Origin: Negaprion brevirostris
Lineage: Eukaryota
Reading direction: 5' to 3'
Assembly (NCBI GenBank): GCA_030324005.1
Contig: JARDVH010000121.1
Coordinates: 65,237,835-65,301,834 of the forward strand
Length of the DNA: 64,000 nt
This document shows, in pieces, positions 39,391 through 50,960 of this stretch. The notes beneath the pieces are model-generated. The model searched no databases and had not been told where the DNA came from. It was given only the letters and a program-made list of their open reading frames with translations. How positions within the stretch are numbered: the first letter of the stretch is position 1; the number at the start of each line of letters is the position of its first letter. A program made the position numbers and the translations under genes.

Positions 39391-40071
39391 CTGAAAAGTC
39401 TGAACAGAACTTTCTCACAAGTACTGTAACAAATATCACAATGTTCATTACAAAAAGAAACTTTTGCACCATGATGGAACATAATAAATGATGTGTACTA
39501 ACTGAACATTAACATGTCTGCTTTTTTGTATAATTTTATTTACAAAGCTCCCGGATAGCAGTCTGAATAATTCCATGAAGTGGAAGACACACACATGGAA
39601 AGCATTTTTCCACAGTATTGAAGTATGGTTAGGTGACAGTTAGCTGCTAGATGAATCAGTAGTTGCTATACTTTAATAAATAGTCAGTGGAGGAGGATAG
39701 GGTAGCTCAGTTTCAGAATAAACCCCAAATTTCCAAAAGCACAGAGTGGAATAGTTTTCTTGTGAGAAACAAAGCTGATGATATGTAACACACAGATACA
39801 CAAATAGCAATGTAAGGCAGCACTGTAGGAGTTAACCTAGAGCATCTGTTTCAACAGAATGGATGGATGCAAGTACAGCTGTACTGGGACCATCTAAATG
39901 AAATTACACTACAAAGAATTCAAAATAGGACAAGACAGACAACGACACACTCTGTTTATTCTACTTACCGCAGCAGTAATGATCTCTTTTTAACCATGCC
40001 GATATGTTTAAATTAAAACTGTTCCCTAATAGGGAACGGTGCTTGAATTTCAGCTAAAGTATGATACTCAC

Positions 40072-40188
40072 AGATCTGCTCTCTCTCTCTTCCCAAACTG
40101 CCAGTTCCTTCGATTCTATCTCCTCAGGACTCATACGTACCAGGTGAAATGGAACAATCTCTTCTCGCACAACACGTCGGAAGAGCCC
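40072..40188 (-). CDS. DIDO1: DIDO1 exon: end of TFIIS-central domain
   Basis: cttatag|GGG...TCT|gtgagt, 117 nt. Encodes GLFRRVVREEIVPFHLVRMSPEEIESKELAVWEERESRS. Confidence 0.92.
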
Positions 40189-40220
40189 CTATAAGACAAA
40201 TTGGTTCGACTTTATCCAAC

Positions 40221-40430
40221 AGTAGAGATGTACTTTCACAAACTTCATGAGTGAACACAAAAGGTATTTATTAATAAGTATTGTACGGCAGCCACATGGC
40301 TGTAGCCAACTCCCAAAATGTTTCCGTCTAGGAGCCTTTTTTCACCAGGGGGTGATTCGAGTCCCAGATAGTCATACAGGCCATGTGACCCTTAATCTAT
40401 TGTGTTGCTCTTAGGGGGACAATCACCACA
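40221..40430 (-). repeat. 3' LTR of Gypsy element
   Basis: Starts TGTGGTG directly after the purine tract. Contains AATAAA at 40272-40267. Confidence 0.85.
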
Positions 40431-40443
40431 TCCCTCCCCCTTT
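40431..40443 (-). other. Polypurine tract
   Basis: AAAGGGGGAGGGA immediately before the TG of the 3' LTR. Confidence 0.8.
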
Positions 40444-41084
40444 AAGTCTTTTATACATTTTTCAATAACTGACTAACTCATTAAATATTAACTAAACATT
40501 ATGAGTTGAACAGTTAGAGTCTCTGGGGAGGGGGGCACGGTTTTCGGTTTCTTGCAGAGCAGTGTAATTCTGTTGTCTGAGATGCTTCCACAGGATCGAT
40601 GTCAACAGAAACTGCAATAACGGGTACCTGGTACTGTTCTGGCACAGGCACCTCTTTTGGCACAGGCAATTCATCACTATTTGCTTCCATGGAGATATCA
40701 GTTACATTGATAACAGATCAGCCAAGCACTTTGGTGCTTACATGTTCAAAAACATTGCTTGATGGCTGGAGTGTCTGTCTACTCCTCATCTAGTCCTTGT
40801 GCTGATAAATGAGCTGCCCCTCCATGTCCACTTGGTATAAAACTACAGTCTTAGAGACAATAATTCCAGGGATCCAACTTGATCCAAGGCCCAAGTTTCT
40901 CAAGTATTTGGCTTCGCTTATTGTAAATAATTGTGCTGCACTAAGTGAATTGTGGCTTGCTTTCTGATTACTTTTACTGGCTTCTACCTCCTTGCCAAAT
41001 TTGGAAACACGAAACTCAATCTCATTCTGAGGTGACATTTCATTAGCAGTTCTGCTAATGGAACTCCCATTGTTGTATGTGAAG

Positions 41085-41382
41085 TAGTATGATAGCCAAG
41101 GAGGAATTGTGGGATTTTGGTCTCCAAGGTTGGAGTACTGTGCGCAGTTCTGATCGCCTCACTACAGGAAGGATGTGGAAGCTATTGAGAGGGTGCAGAG
41201 GAGATTNNNNNNNNNNNNNNNNNNNNNNNNNNNNNNNNNNNNNNNNNNNNNNNNNNNNNNNNNNNNNNNNNNNNNNNNNNNNNNNNNNNNNNNNNNNNNN
41301 NNNNNNGGCTTGGTAGGTATAGATGTGATCAGTGCAACTTGTGGGCCGAAGGGCCTGTTTGTGCTGTAGTGTTCTATGTTCT
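41085..41382 (+). mobile_element. CR1/HER1 3' fragment inserted in the Gypsy integrase (spans a gap)
   Basis: LEYCAQF...EAIERVQRR. Tail GGGCCGAAGGGCCTGTTTGTGCTGTAG. Confidence 0.8.
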
Positions 41383-41599
41383 AAAGTTCCTCTTGACGGT
41401 TTCTTTAAGCCAAACCTGGAAATTTGGATGGCAGTCGCAGCTGGTCCATTTGAAGCTGGGTCATAAGGCGCAGTTCCAATATGTTTAATACTGTCAAGAG
41501 CGATGATGTTTTGGAACTCAGCAATTGTGAATATGATTCCATTGTCTAATGCCATGACTTCAGATAACCTGTGAAAAGCATTGGCATAATCTTTCAATG

Positions 41600-41832
41600 G
41601 TAGCCTGTGATGTGGGTTTCCTCTGGATGCTCCAGCTTCTTCTCAGTCCAAAAGATGTGCAGGTGAGGTTGAATGTCCCAAGATGTGTAGAGTAGGGGAC
41701 TTAATGGGGTAACTGCGAGGGGATACTGCAATAAGGTTTGGCTAAGATGTTCTATTGAAGAGTTGGTGCAGACAATGGGCCAAATGACCTGTTTCTGCAC
41801 TGTGGGGATTCTATGGTGGGGATTCTATGATT
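41600..41832 (+). mobile_element. HE1 SINE, 5'-truncated, inside the Gypsy element
   Basis: Core GTGGGTTTCCTCTGGATGCTCC and tail CTGCACTGTGGGGATTCTATG. Confidence 0.75.
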
Positions 41833-42727
41833 CACCTCAAAAATGTCCACCCATTTAGAGTGTGCATCAATCACAAGCAAAAACAGAGTGCCCAGGAATG
41901 GACCAACATAACCCATATCAATTCATACCCCTGGCTGGCCAGGCAATTCCCAAGGCTGCAGTGGGCCTGTAGCAGGCAAACTTTATTGCAGCTGGCACAG
42001 CTGACAGTGTTTGACCAGCTTCACCATATCAGCATCAATACCACACCACCGCATAACTCCGGGCAAGCACTGTCATCTTAGAGATGTGTAATTCAGTTAG
42101 GAGCAGCTCTCTGCCTGGTACAAGAACGACTACTCTGGATGCCATCCTGACAATTCATCCCTGTGCGCAGCAAGTAATTTCATTTCCACGGAAACTAGTT
42201 CATTTACTCATCTTAAAGTATTTTGTGTTTCAGTTTGGAAAGAGGGGAAGCTCGATTGATCCAGTTCCTGATCTGTTTTACATGAGTGGCACAGTGTCTA
42301 ATAAACTGAACGCCATGATGATTTCTTGTGGTACTGGAGACACATGATATTTTCTTGCAAGGGTAGGTGGTTAAGAACATCCACATTCACAGTGTTCCAG
42401 GTCAGTGCTTGGAAGTATAGTTGCAGGGAGACAGAGTTAACACCCATCACTGAATTCTTGCCGAGGTGATCAGCAGGAAGTCCTTGTCCTCTGGAGACCC
42501 AGGAGCGGTTTGTGGCCAGAAATGACAGTGAAGTATCTACCATGCAAGTTCTGATGAAACATCTTGATGCCAAAGACCACTGATAGCCCTTCCTTTTAAG
42601 TTGTGAGTTGTCTTTTTCAGCAACATTCCCTATTGGCCTTTAAGAGCCATTGTCCATTTCATGGGACAACACCACATGGAGAGTCAATATCAGTTCTTTA
42701 GATTGATCAAGGTGTGCCAACAGGTGT

Positions 42728-43015
42728 CACAGAATCCCTCCAGTGCAGGGAAGCCATTTGGCCCATCGAGCCTGCACCGACAATCAACCTAGACCCTATC
42801 CCCGTAACCCCACATACTTACCCTGCTAATCCCTCTGACACTAAGAGGCAATTTACCATGGCCAATCAATCTAATCTGCACATCTTTGGACTGTGGAGGG
42901 GAAAACCTGAAGGAAACCCACGCAGACACAGATAGAAAGTGCAAACTCCACACTGACAATGACCTGAGACCAGAATTGAACCCAGGTCCCTGGCGCTGTG
43001 AGGCAGCAGTGCGAA
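42728..43015 (-). mobile_element. HE1 SINE inside the Gypsy element
   Basis: Reverse-complement HE1 head, core and tail. Confidence 0.85.
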
Positions 43016-43292
43016 CTTCCCAAAGTGATTTGGACTTGGGGTTGTAAGATTGCAAATAAGGTAATAGGATTGAATTCCACAACCACTTGGAAGAATTGCT
43101 TTGCGTTTTGCCTCCTCTCCTATTTCTTTTGCTTGGAATAACACCCATGGTCCTCGTCAGTGTCTATTCCTCCATGAAGGAGTCAAGTGGGTCTATTTGT
43201 TCAAAGAGAGGCATTCTGGTGAGTACCTACTTTTAGACTTCAACTGAAACAGGATGCTCACAGGTGTTGGGCCAGAAACAGTGTCAGGATAA

Positions 43293-43308
43293 CTTATTCT
43301 CGTCACCA
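43293..43308 (-). other. Primer-binding site (tRNA-Ser(GCT)-like)
   Basis: TGGTGACGAGAATAAG immediately after the 5' LTR. Resembles TGGCGACGAGGATGG, the complement of the tRNA-Ser 3' end. Confidence 0.65.
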
Positions 43309-43310
43309 GA

Positions 43311-43519
43311 CATAAAGATGCACTATTACAGACTTCATTATTGAACACAAAGGTATTCATTAATAATTGTATAGGTGCTGCATGGCTGCAGCCAGTTCTC
43401 AAAATGTCTCTGCCTAGGAGCCTTTCTCACCATAAGGTGATTCCACACCAAATCTCGGTCATACAGGCCATGTGACCCTTGCTCTGCTGCATTGCTCTTT
43501 AAAGGACAATCAGTGCACA
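43311..43519 (-). repeat. 5' LTR of Gypsy element
   Basis: Roughly 75-80% identical by eye to 40221-40430 and followed directly by the PBS. Confidence 0.85.
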
Positions 43520-43730
43520 AATATAACTTGAAAGAAAAACAAATAGNNNNNNNNNNATTAAAAGAGACAAATAGAATTTTAAAAATATGGCTAAGGCCAC
43601 AAAATGTGGTATTTAACACAGATTCAGAGAGCAATAACAATAGCACCAATTGACTGAGCATAGCAAAAAGCATAATGTCATAATGGTTTAAGTTGTAGGG
43701 ATAGTCTTGAATACAGAAGCATAAAGATAC

Positions 43731-43890
43731 CTGGTTCCTGGGGTTCTTCAAATTAAACATAATACTCCGGTATCTGCTCTTGTACTTGCTGTGAGTATCT
43801 TGGAAGAGGATGAACAGCTCCTTTTCAATGCTCACTGCTATTTTTCCTATTGCATCTTCCGTTACATCAATATCATCACAGTCATTTACC
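43731..43890 (-). CDS. DIDO1: DIDO1 exon: TFIIS-central domain
   Basis: cgcacag|G GTA AAT...AAC CAG|gtatct, 160 nt. Encodes VNDCDDIDVTEDAIGKIAVSIEKELFILFQDTHSKYKSRYRSIMFNLKNPRNQ. Confidence 0.93.
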
Positions 43891-44569
43891 CTGTGCGAGA
43901 AGTACAGAAACAGTCACTGCCCTAGTAACAAGAACATATCGTTGTCCATTTCAAAACAGGGATTATATATGGCACTCAACATGTTTGGAAGTGACCGTTA
44001 AGAATTAACATACCGGACAGAATAAAACGATGGGTAAACTACATGTGAAACTGCAGTAAACAACGGGCAGCTTCTGAACAAAACAAAACTGTCATATTTT
44101 ATTATCTGCTGAGCACCTTCAATAGTCCATAGAATCAATAGCTGAATTCAGCTCATCTGGTATCTGATTTATGTTATTGTGTATTTATTCAAATGTTGAA
44201 TTAAAAATCATTTTCCAAATGCTTCCTTCGCTCTTCTATTGGCTCATCTGGGGGGAATGACTTTTTGGCACCCACAGCACTTCAACTTTTCATTTATTTT
44301 TCTTGCACATTCCCAATGTGACAGAACTGAATGCTACCATCCAGATGTTTACTCACATGTACTGCCTTCTGAAAATGTCACAGCTCTGGGGCTATTTTCA
44401 CCTAAAGTACTCTGAGGCACTGAAGCCTCAGCACACTTCCAGCCTCCTGGCTAGGAACAAAACAAGGATTCACAATTACAACTTGGAAATTGACCATTTG
44501 GAAGGGTACGCCAAGATGGAACAATAGACTTCCTCCTATATAGTTACTGCATGATCTTTCATGACGTAC

Positions 44570-45690
44570 ACATTTGATTAGCATGCAGATATCATAAAAC
44601 TTAGAAATGCAATATATAACTGAGGGGAATAGTAACAGGCTTCAGGAGGACAGACTGGTGAAGTGGGTAGAATTATGGCAGATGACATTTATCAGTGAAG
44701 TGATACATTTTGGTGGAGGCACAATACAAACAACAAAGGGGATACAGAACAGGGAGAGCTGCGAGCGTATTTACGAAATACTTTGAAGGTGACAGGACAA
44801 GTTGAAGGCGGCTGTTAAAAATATTACACAAGATCCTTTGTTATATAAACAGAGGCATAGTGTACAAAAACATGAATGATATGCTTAACTAGTACAGAAT
44901 ACCGGTAGGCTGCAGCCTATTCTGGGCAGCACAATCAAGAAAAATGTCAAAGCCTTACAGGATGCAGAGAAGATTTAACAGAAAAGTACTAAAGGCTTCA
45001 GTTGCATGGAGAGATGACATAAACTTAGAGGTCAAAGGGAAATTTTGTGGAGGTGCTCAAAAGCACAAAGGATTTTGATAAGGACGGCACAGCGGCATAA
45101 TGATTAGCACCACTGCCTCACAGCGCCAGAGACCCAAGTTCAATTCCTGGCTTGAGTCACTATCTGTGTAGAGTTTGCATATTCTCCGTGTCTGTGTGGG
45201 TTTCCTCCGGGTGCTTTGGTTTCCTCCCACAGTCCAAAGATGTGTAGATTAGGTTTACTGGCCATGCTAAATTGCCTGTGTTAGGGGAAATCGCTATAGT
45301 AAATATATTTGGTTATGAGGATAACACCTGGGTGGGTTTGTGGTTGGTGCAGACACAATGGGGCAAATGGCCTTCTTTAACTCTATAGAATCGTACAGTG
45401 CAAATGAGGAAAAACTACTTCGAGTGGCAGAAGGGTGACCAGTGGACACAGATTTAAGGTAATTGGTAGAAGAACAGCAATGAAATGAAAACAATTATGC
45501 AGTTATGATAACCTGGAATATAATGCCTAAATGGATGGTTGAAACAGATTGAATAATTTTCAAAATTAAATTCAATATATACATAAATTGAAAACATTTG
45601 TACAGCTATGAGAAAAGAACAGGATTGTGAGATTAACTGGATAGCTTTTTCAAAGAGCTATCACAGACCTGTGCAGAGTGCTGTGATATT
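44570..45690 (+). mobile_element. Degenerate CR1 LINE 3' part with nested HE1 SINE
   Basis: LQEDRLVKWVELWQMTF-like RT C-terminus and CR1 3' motifs. Confidence 0.65.
45083..45395 (+). mobile_element. HE1 SINE
   Basis: GGCACAGCGGCATAATGATTAGCACCACTGCCTCACAGCGCC...GTGGGTTTCCTCCGGGTGC. Confidence 0.85.
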
Positions 45691-45934
45691 CTAAGGTATT
45701 GTGCTCTGCCCTTGGGATGGTGAGCTGGATCTGGAGGCCTCAATGCATCTTACTGTACTTGTCAGAAAAACACTGGGAAAACAGGATCGCGCAAATAACT
45801 GACACATCTGATGGACTGACATCGATAACAAAACTCAGCAAAATACTGAATGTGCAAGTTGGATCAAGTTCAACTCCAGACAAACAGGTACACTTTGGCT
45901 TAACTGACAAACATATAATTTAGAAATAAGAAGT

Positions 45935-46550
45935 AGAAAGGGTCGAGAACTTCAAGTTTTTAGGTGTCCAGATCACCAACAATCTGTCCTGGTGCCCCAT
46001 GCCGACACTATAGTTAAGAAAGCCCACCAACACCTTTCTACTTTCTCAGAAGACTAGGAAATTGGACATGTCAGCTATGACTCTCACCAACTTTTACAGA
46101 TGCATCATAGAAAACATTCTTTCTGGTTGTATCACAGCTTGGTATAGCTCCTGCTCTGCCCAAAACTGCAGAAAACTAAAAAAGATTGCAAACGTAGCCC
46201 AATCCATCATGCAAACTATCCTCCCACCCATTAACTCTGTCTACATTGACCGCTACCTCGGCAAAGCAGCCAGCATAACTGAGGGCCCCACACACCCAGA
46301 CATTCTCTCTGCCACCTTCTTTTTTTGGGAAGATACAAAAGTCTGAGGTCACATACCAACCAACTCAAAAACAGCTTCTTCCTTGCTGCCATCAGACCTT
46401 TGAGTGGACCTATCTTGCATTAAGTTGATTTTTCTCTACATCCTAGCTACGACTGCAACACTACATTCTGCACTCTCGTTTCCTTCTCTATGAATGGTAT
46501 GCTTTGTCTGTATAGCGCACAAGAAACAATACTTTTCACTGTAAACTAAT
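45935..46550 (+). mobile_element. Rex1/Babar-clade LINE 3' end
   Basis: ERVENFKFLGVQITNNLSW and LTNFYRCIIENILSGCITAWYSSCSAQNCRKLKKI. Confidence 0.8.
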
Positions 46551-46554
46551 TCAT

Positions 46555-48378
46555 TACAGAACGAAGAGATCTAGGGGTACATGTTCATAGCTCATTGAAA
46601 GTGGAGTCACAGGTGAACAGAGTGGTGAAGAAGGCATTCAGCATGCTAAGTTTAATCGGTCAGAACATTGAACACAGGAGTTGGGACGTCTTGTTGAAGT
46701 TGTACAAGACATTAGTAAGGCCACACTTGGAATACTGTGTGCATTTCTGGTCACCCTATTATAGAAAGGATATTATTTAACTAGAAAGAGTGCAGAAAAG
46801 ATTTACAAGGATACTACCAGGACTTGGTGGATTGAGTTATAAGGAGAGGTTGAATAGGCTAGGACTTTTTTCTTTGGAGCGTAGGAGGCTGAGAGGTGAC
46901 CTTATAAAGATCTATAAAATAATGAGGGGCATAGGCAAGGTAGATAGTCAATATCTTTTCCGAAAGGTAGGGGAGTCTAAAACTTGAGAAAGTGAGGGGG
47001 CATGGGATCCANNNNNNNNNNNNNNNNNNNNNNNNNNNNNNNNNNNNNNNNNNNNNNNNNNNNNNNNNNNNNNNNNNNNNNNNNNNNNNNNNNNNNNNNN
47101 NNNNNNNNNNNNNNNNNNNNNNNNNNNNNNNNNNNNNNNNNNNNNNNNNNNNNNNNNNNNNNNNNNNNNNNNNNNNNNNNNNNNNNNNNNNNNNNNNNNN
47201 NNNNNNNNNNNNNNNNNNNNNNNNNNNNNNNNNNNNNNNNNNNNNNNNNNNNNNNNNNNNNNNNNNNNNNNNNNNNNNNNNNNNNNNNNNNNNNNNNNNN
47301 NNNNNNNNNNNNNNNNNNNNNNNNNNNNNNNNNNNNNNNNNNNNNNNNNNNNNNNNNNNNNNNNNNNNNNNNNNNNNNNNNNNNNNNNNNNNNNNNNNNN
47401 NNNNNNNNNNNNNNNNNNNNNNNNNNNNNNNNNNNNNNNNNNNNNNNNNNNNNNNNNNNNNNNNNNNNNNNNNNNNNNNNNNNNNNNNNNNNNNNNNNNN
47501 NNNNNNNNNNNNNNNNNNNNNNNNNNNNNNNNNNNNNNNNNNNNNNNNNNNNNNNNNNNNNNNNNNNNNNNNNNNNNNNNNNNNNNNNNNNNNNNNNNNN
47601 NNNNNNNNNNNNNNNNNNNNNNNNNNNNNNNNNNNNNNNNNNNNNNNNNNNNNNNNNNNNNNNNNNNNNNNNNNNNNNNNNNNNNNNNNNNNNNNNNNNN
47701 NNNNNNNNNNNNNNNNNNNNNNNNNNNNNNNNNNNNNNNNNNNNNNNNNNNNNNNNNNNNNNNNNNNNNNNNNNNNNNNNNNNNNNNNNNNNNNNNNNNN
47801 NNNNNNNNNNNNNNNNNNNACAAGAGGACACCGGTTTCAGGTGCTGGGGAGTAGGTACAGAGGAGATGTCAAGGCTAAGTTTTTCACTCAGAGGGTGGTG
47901 GGTGCGTGGAATCGGCTGCCGGCGGTGGTAGTGGGGGTGGATTCGATAGGGTCTTTTAAGGGACTTTTGGATAAGTACATGGAACTTAGTAAAATGGAGG
48001 GATATAGGTATGCCTAGTAGGTAGGGACATGTTCGGCGCAACTTGTGGGCCAAAGGGCCTGTTTGTGCTGTAGTTTTTCTGTGTTTCTAGAGGACATAGG
48101 TTTAAGGTGAGAGGGGAGAGACACCAAAGTGTCCAGAGGGGCAATTTTTTCACAGAGGTTGGTGGATTCTGGGGCAAGCTGCCAGAGGTAGAAGTATCTC
48201 TAAAAGATAACAATGTTATCTTTTAAAAAGCATTTAGATAGTTACATGGGTACAATGGGTAGAGGGATATGGGCCAAATGCAGGCAATTGGGGTTAGTTT
48301 AGGGGATTTAAAAAAGGGCAGCATGGACAAGTTGGGCCGAAGGGCCTGTTTCCATGCTATAAACTCTATGACTATGTG
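46555..48378 (+). mobile_element. HER1/CR1 LINE 3' part with a second nested CR1 copy across a large gap
   Basis: LKLYKTLVRPHLEYCVHFWSPYY, QKRFTRILPGL...RRRLRGDLIKIYK and TRGHRFQV...FFTQRVVGAWNRLP. Two separate 3' tails at about 48080 and 48370. Confidence 0.88.
47012..47819. other. Assembly gap (about 800 N); smaller gaps elsewhere
   Basis: N run. ORFs spanning it are artefacts. Confidence 0.99.
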
Positions 48379-48873
48379 AGAATAGTAAATCAAGTCAAAA
48401 AATAATTTTCAGGTTCCTGAGAAGACAAAACTACTCAAGTTAATAAAGTGCTTTTATCTCTAAACAAACAATACTGAAGCATGCGTTAACAATCTATATT
48501 GTAAATTAAATCCACAATTTTCTGCACAACTATTTTACCAGAAACAAATTGCCAAGAACTCTTACTGCTCAGAAGTTTCATCTTTTCATTTTGCTCCAGT
48601 TTTTTAAACCATTGTACAGAAAATGTTGAATTGTTTTGAAGCCAATGATTCATAAATTATTCTGCATTCATGCATTTTTTGTGACAAGGACGAACCTATC
48701 AGAATTGCAATTTCTTCCAAAATTAAAACTTGATCTTGAAAATCCAAATAATTATTAGATAGATGCAGCTTCATTATTCATGGCATCATTCACCCATAAC
48801 CTAAATAATAAATCTCGTTCTTCCCTATCAGAACCTTTGTACAAAACAAAATTCTGCACCAATTGTCACTCAC

Positions 48874-49357
48874 CTTTTACAAAGGATCTCTTTGAGTGAC
48901 CGGCGGATGTTATGTCGGATCTGAGCATTAGAAAGCTGGCTGGTATTTTTTGCAGCTGGGGCACTAGGCTGAACTGCCTGTTTTTCTGCAACTTTTTTAG
49001 CTGGAGCCTGCTCACTTGAATATACAGAGCGTTTGACTGCAGATGCAGAATGCTTGGATGGTATTCGGTATTCTGATATTGCGCTGCCTTGTTTGGATGA
49101 AGTCTGCTGCTTAGTTGAAATTGGTTGTTTTGAAGAAGGTTGGTGTTTAGATGAAGTTTGTTGTTTAGAGGAAGAATGTTGTTGAGATGCAGGAATAGGC
49201 CGTTTAGGAGCAACACGGTGTTCCGTTGTACTGGCAGCTTGCTTAGCTGTCATTGCTGATGGCTTTGAGGAAGTAGATTGCAAAGTTGTAGGAGGCTGTT
49301 CATCTTGAGAAGCAGAAGCAGCTTGCCTGGGGGCAGCTCCCTCGTCCTTTGGAGCTG
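48874..49357 (-). CDS. DIDO1: DIDO1 exon: S/Q/K-rich linker and start of TFIIS-central domain
   Basis: Acceptor tttctttCAG|CAG (phase 1). Ends AAA AG|GTGAGT. Encodes ...NAQIRHNIRRSLKEILCK(R). Confidence 0.9.
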
Positions 49358-50599
49358 CTGAAAGAAAAATATTTTGAGTGAGAATTGTGCAGTATGCTAT
49401 TAAATTATTGACAATTTTTTGGATGCAAAATAATTGGAAGCACTATTGTGAAAACATGCTTCAGTTTGACTAAAAAGATTTGCAAACACATACATTATTT
49501 AATTGAATACTGAAGTGTGGTAAACAAAAACTCAGGATGTACTGATTCAACAAGGGAAGTCTAGTAATGTAGCTCATGAATGCAGGCATGCACTGTGCTT
49601 ACAAATTTCACTTGCTTTGTCCAACATTGCAACATAACTAGAATTTACATTCATTCAAAGTAGTTTGTTTCATCAAGTTATCATAGGGTCTCAGTGCACT
49701 CTGCACGTACCTGGTTAGTGTTGAGACTGGCAAAATAAAAAAGGAGCCCATTCAAAGTTGGCTTCTAATTTTATCACTTGTACTATCATTCTGAAGATAA
49801 CACGTGCACTTGCAATACGTTTTGCCAAGATTACTAGAAATAAGTTCTCGAACAGTGTCAGGATCACAAGAACTGCCAGGAACCTACTGCTGTACACAAG
49901 ATAATACAGCGTTCATATTTTTCCAGCTACAGTATTAGCACTGTAATTTCTAAAATTTTCAAAATACATTTCAAATAGCCCATTGTGCAAAAAGTGCTAT
50001 GATTATACTGGATAATTTATTGGTATCAGAGCGTACAATAAAGTAATGCATATACTCAAAAACAAATCCAAAATGGTGTGAGAATTTTAAGTTGTTTCAT
50101 AAATTCATTAAAAGTAACTTACAAAATATGCAAAGTACCAGACTTTAAAACTGCTTGAATTCAACATATGGATGAACACAAGGTGAATCACTTTGCAATT
50201 TGTAAATCAGCACCTACTGCTTTTCAGCTCAAACTGACTGAATTGCAATTGATTACCCAGAGTTCAAAGTACTCCATTTTTACTGGAATAAGCAAAGCCA
50301 TGTGGTCTACAACCCTAATGCATAGAGCGCAATTTGTTTTTAAAATCATAACCAGCTTGAGTTTAATGAGTAAAAAAATAAAAAGTCACAATTGGTGCAA
50401 ATATATCAGCTGATGCTCTCATTTCATCATTCCCTGTCTCCTTTGATGCATGCGTTTTACTGTGTACCTAACCAATTCATATTGGTTGCACAATAACATC
50501 CTTTATTTTGTGTAACGACTGTGTGTTAGTCGGTGACTTGTTGTATCCTGTGTCAGTTAAATCCATGGCAGCATTTTCACAATTCAAAAAAGTTTAAGC

Positions 50600-50960
50600 T
50601 CGAGACTTTAACACAAGCTAGGCTGACATTTCAGCTCAGCACCATGGAAGCACTACATTGTTTGAGGTCTTGTTTTTCAGTTGAGGCACTGAATTGAGGC
50701 CCTGACTACTCTATTAGATGGCCGTAAAAGGCACCATGGCAGGTGTGAAGTGGAGCAGGGGGATTCTCCTGGAGTCCAGGCCAACAACTATTCCCCAACT
50801 AACATAATAAGATTATCCTGTCATTTATCTCATTGTGGTTTGATTCGGCCATTCCTTTAAGCTACTTAAAAGTTTATTACATACTTCAAAGTAATTCACG
50901 AGATGCAATTCTGGGACACCCAGAGGACATGGAAAACAGGGCATCAATATAAGCTTCTTG
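50600..50960 (+). mobile_element. DeuSINE (SacSINE/AmnSINE-like Deu domain)
   Basis: TAGGCTGACATTTCAG...GAGGCCCTGACTACTCT...GTAAAAGGCACCATGGCA...GAGCAGGGGGATTCTCCTGGAGTCCAGGCCAAC resembles the Deu-domain consensus as recalled. Confidence 0.65.

Larger units (their letters stand above)
40221..43519 (-). mobile_element. Internally deleted Gypsy/Ty3 LTR retrotransposon with both LTRs
   Basis: Direct LTRs at about 40221-40430 and 43311-43519, plus PBS and PPT. Gag remnant KAILPSGCGIQSYYLICNL. Integrase core remnant LDNGIIFTIAEFQ...IKHIGTAPYDPASNGPA and C-terminus RNLGLGSSWIPGII. Interrupted by CR1 and HE1 insertions. Confidence 0.88.
5950..49357 (-). other. DIDO1: DIDO1/DIDO1-like gene, 3' portion (9 coding exons plus candidate 3' UTR; 5' exons presumably beyond 64000)
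   Basis: Manually spliced GT-AG exons give a continuous frame with a TFIIS-central domain (IRHNIRRSLKEILCKRVND...YKSRYRSIMFNLKNPRNQGLFRRV) and a SPOC domain (IWKGFINMHGVAKF...DLPDTIHIGGRI...EVCLIRFHPATEEEE...RGRFGVVANN...LLPFEGPG). These closely match the human DIDO1 sequence as I recall it. Confidence 0.9.

Noticed and set aside
46948-48053. Four long ORFs (291-358 aa) in the ORF track
   Set aside because: They are mostly X from an N gap, and the flanks are CR1 LINE sequence.
48866-49216. Alternative-frame Leu/Asn-rich ORF overlapping the DIDO exon
   Set aside because: A shadow frame of the low-complexity coding repeat with no independent support.
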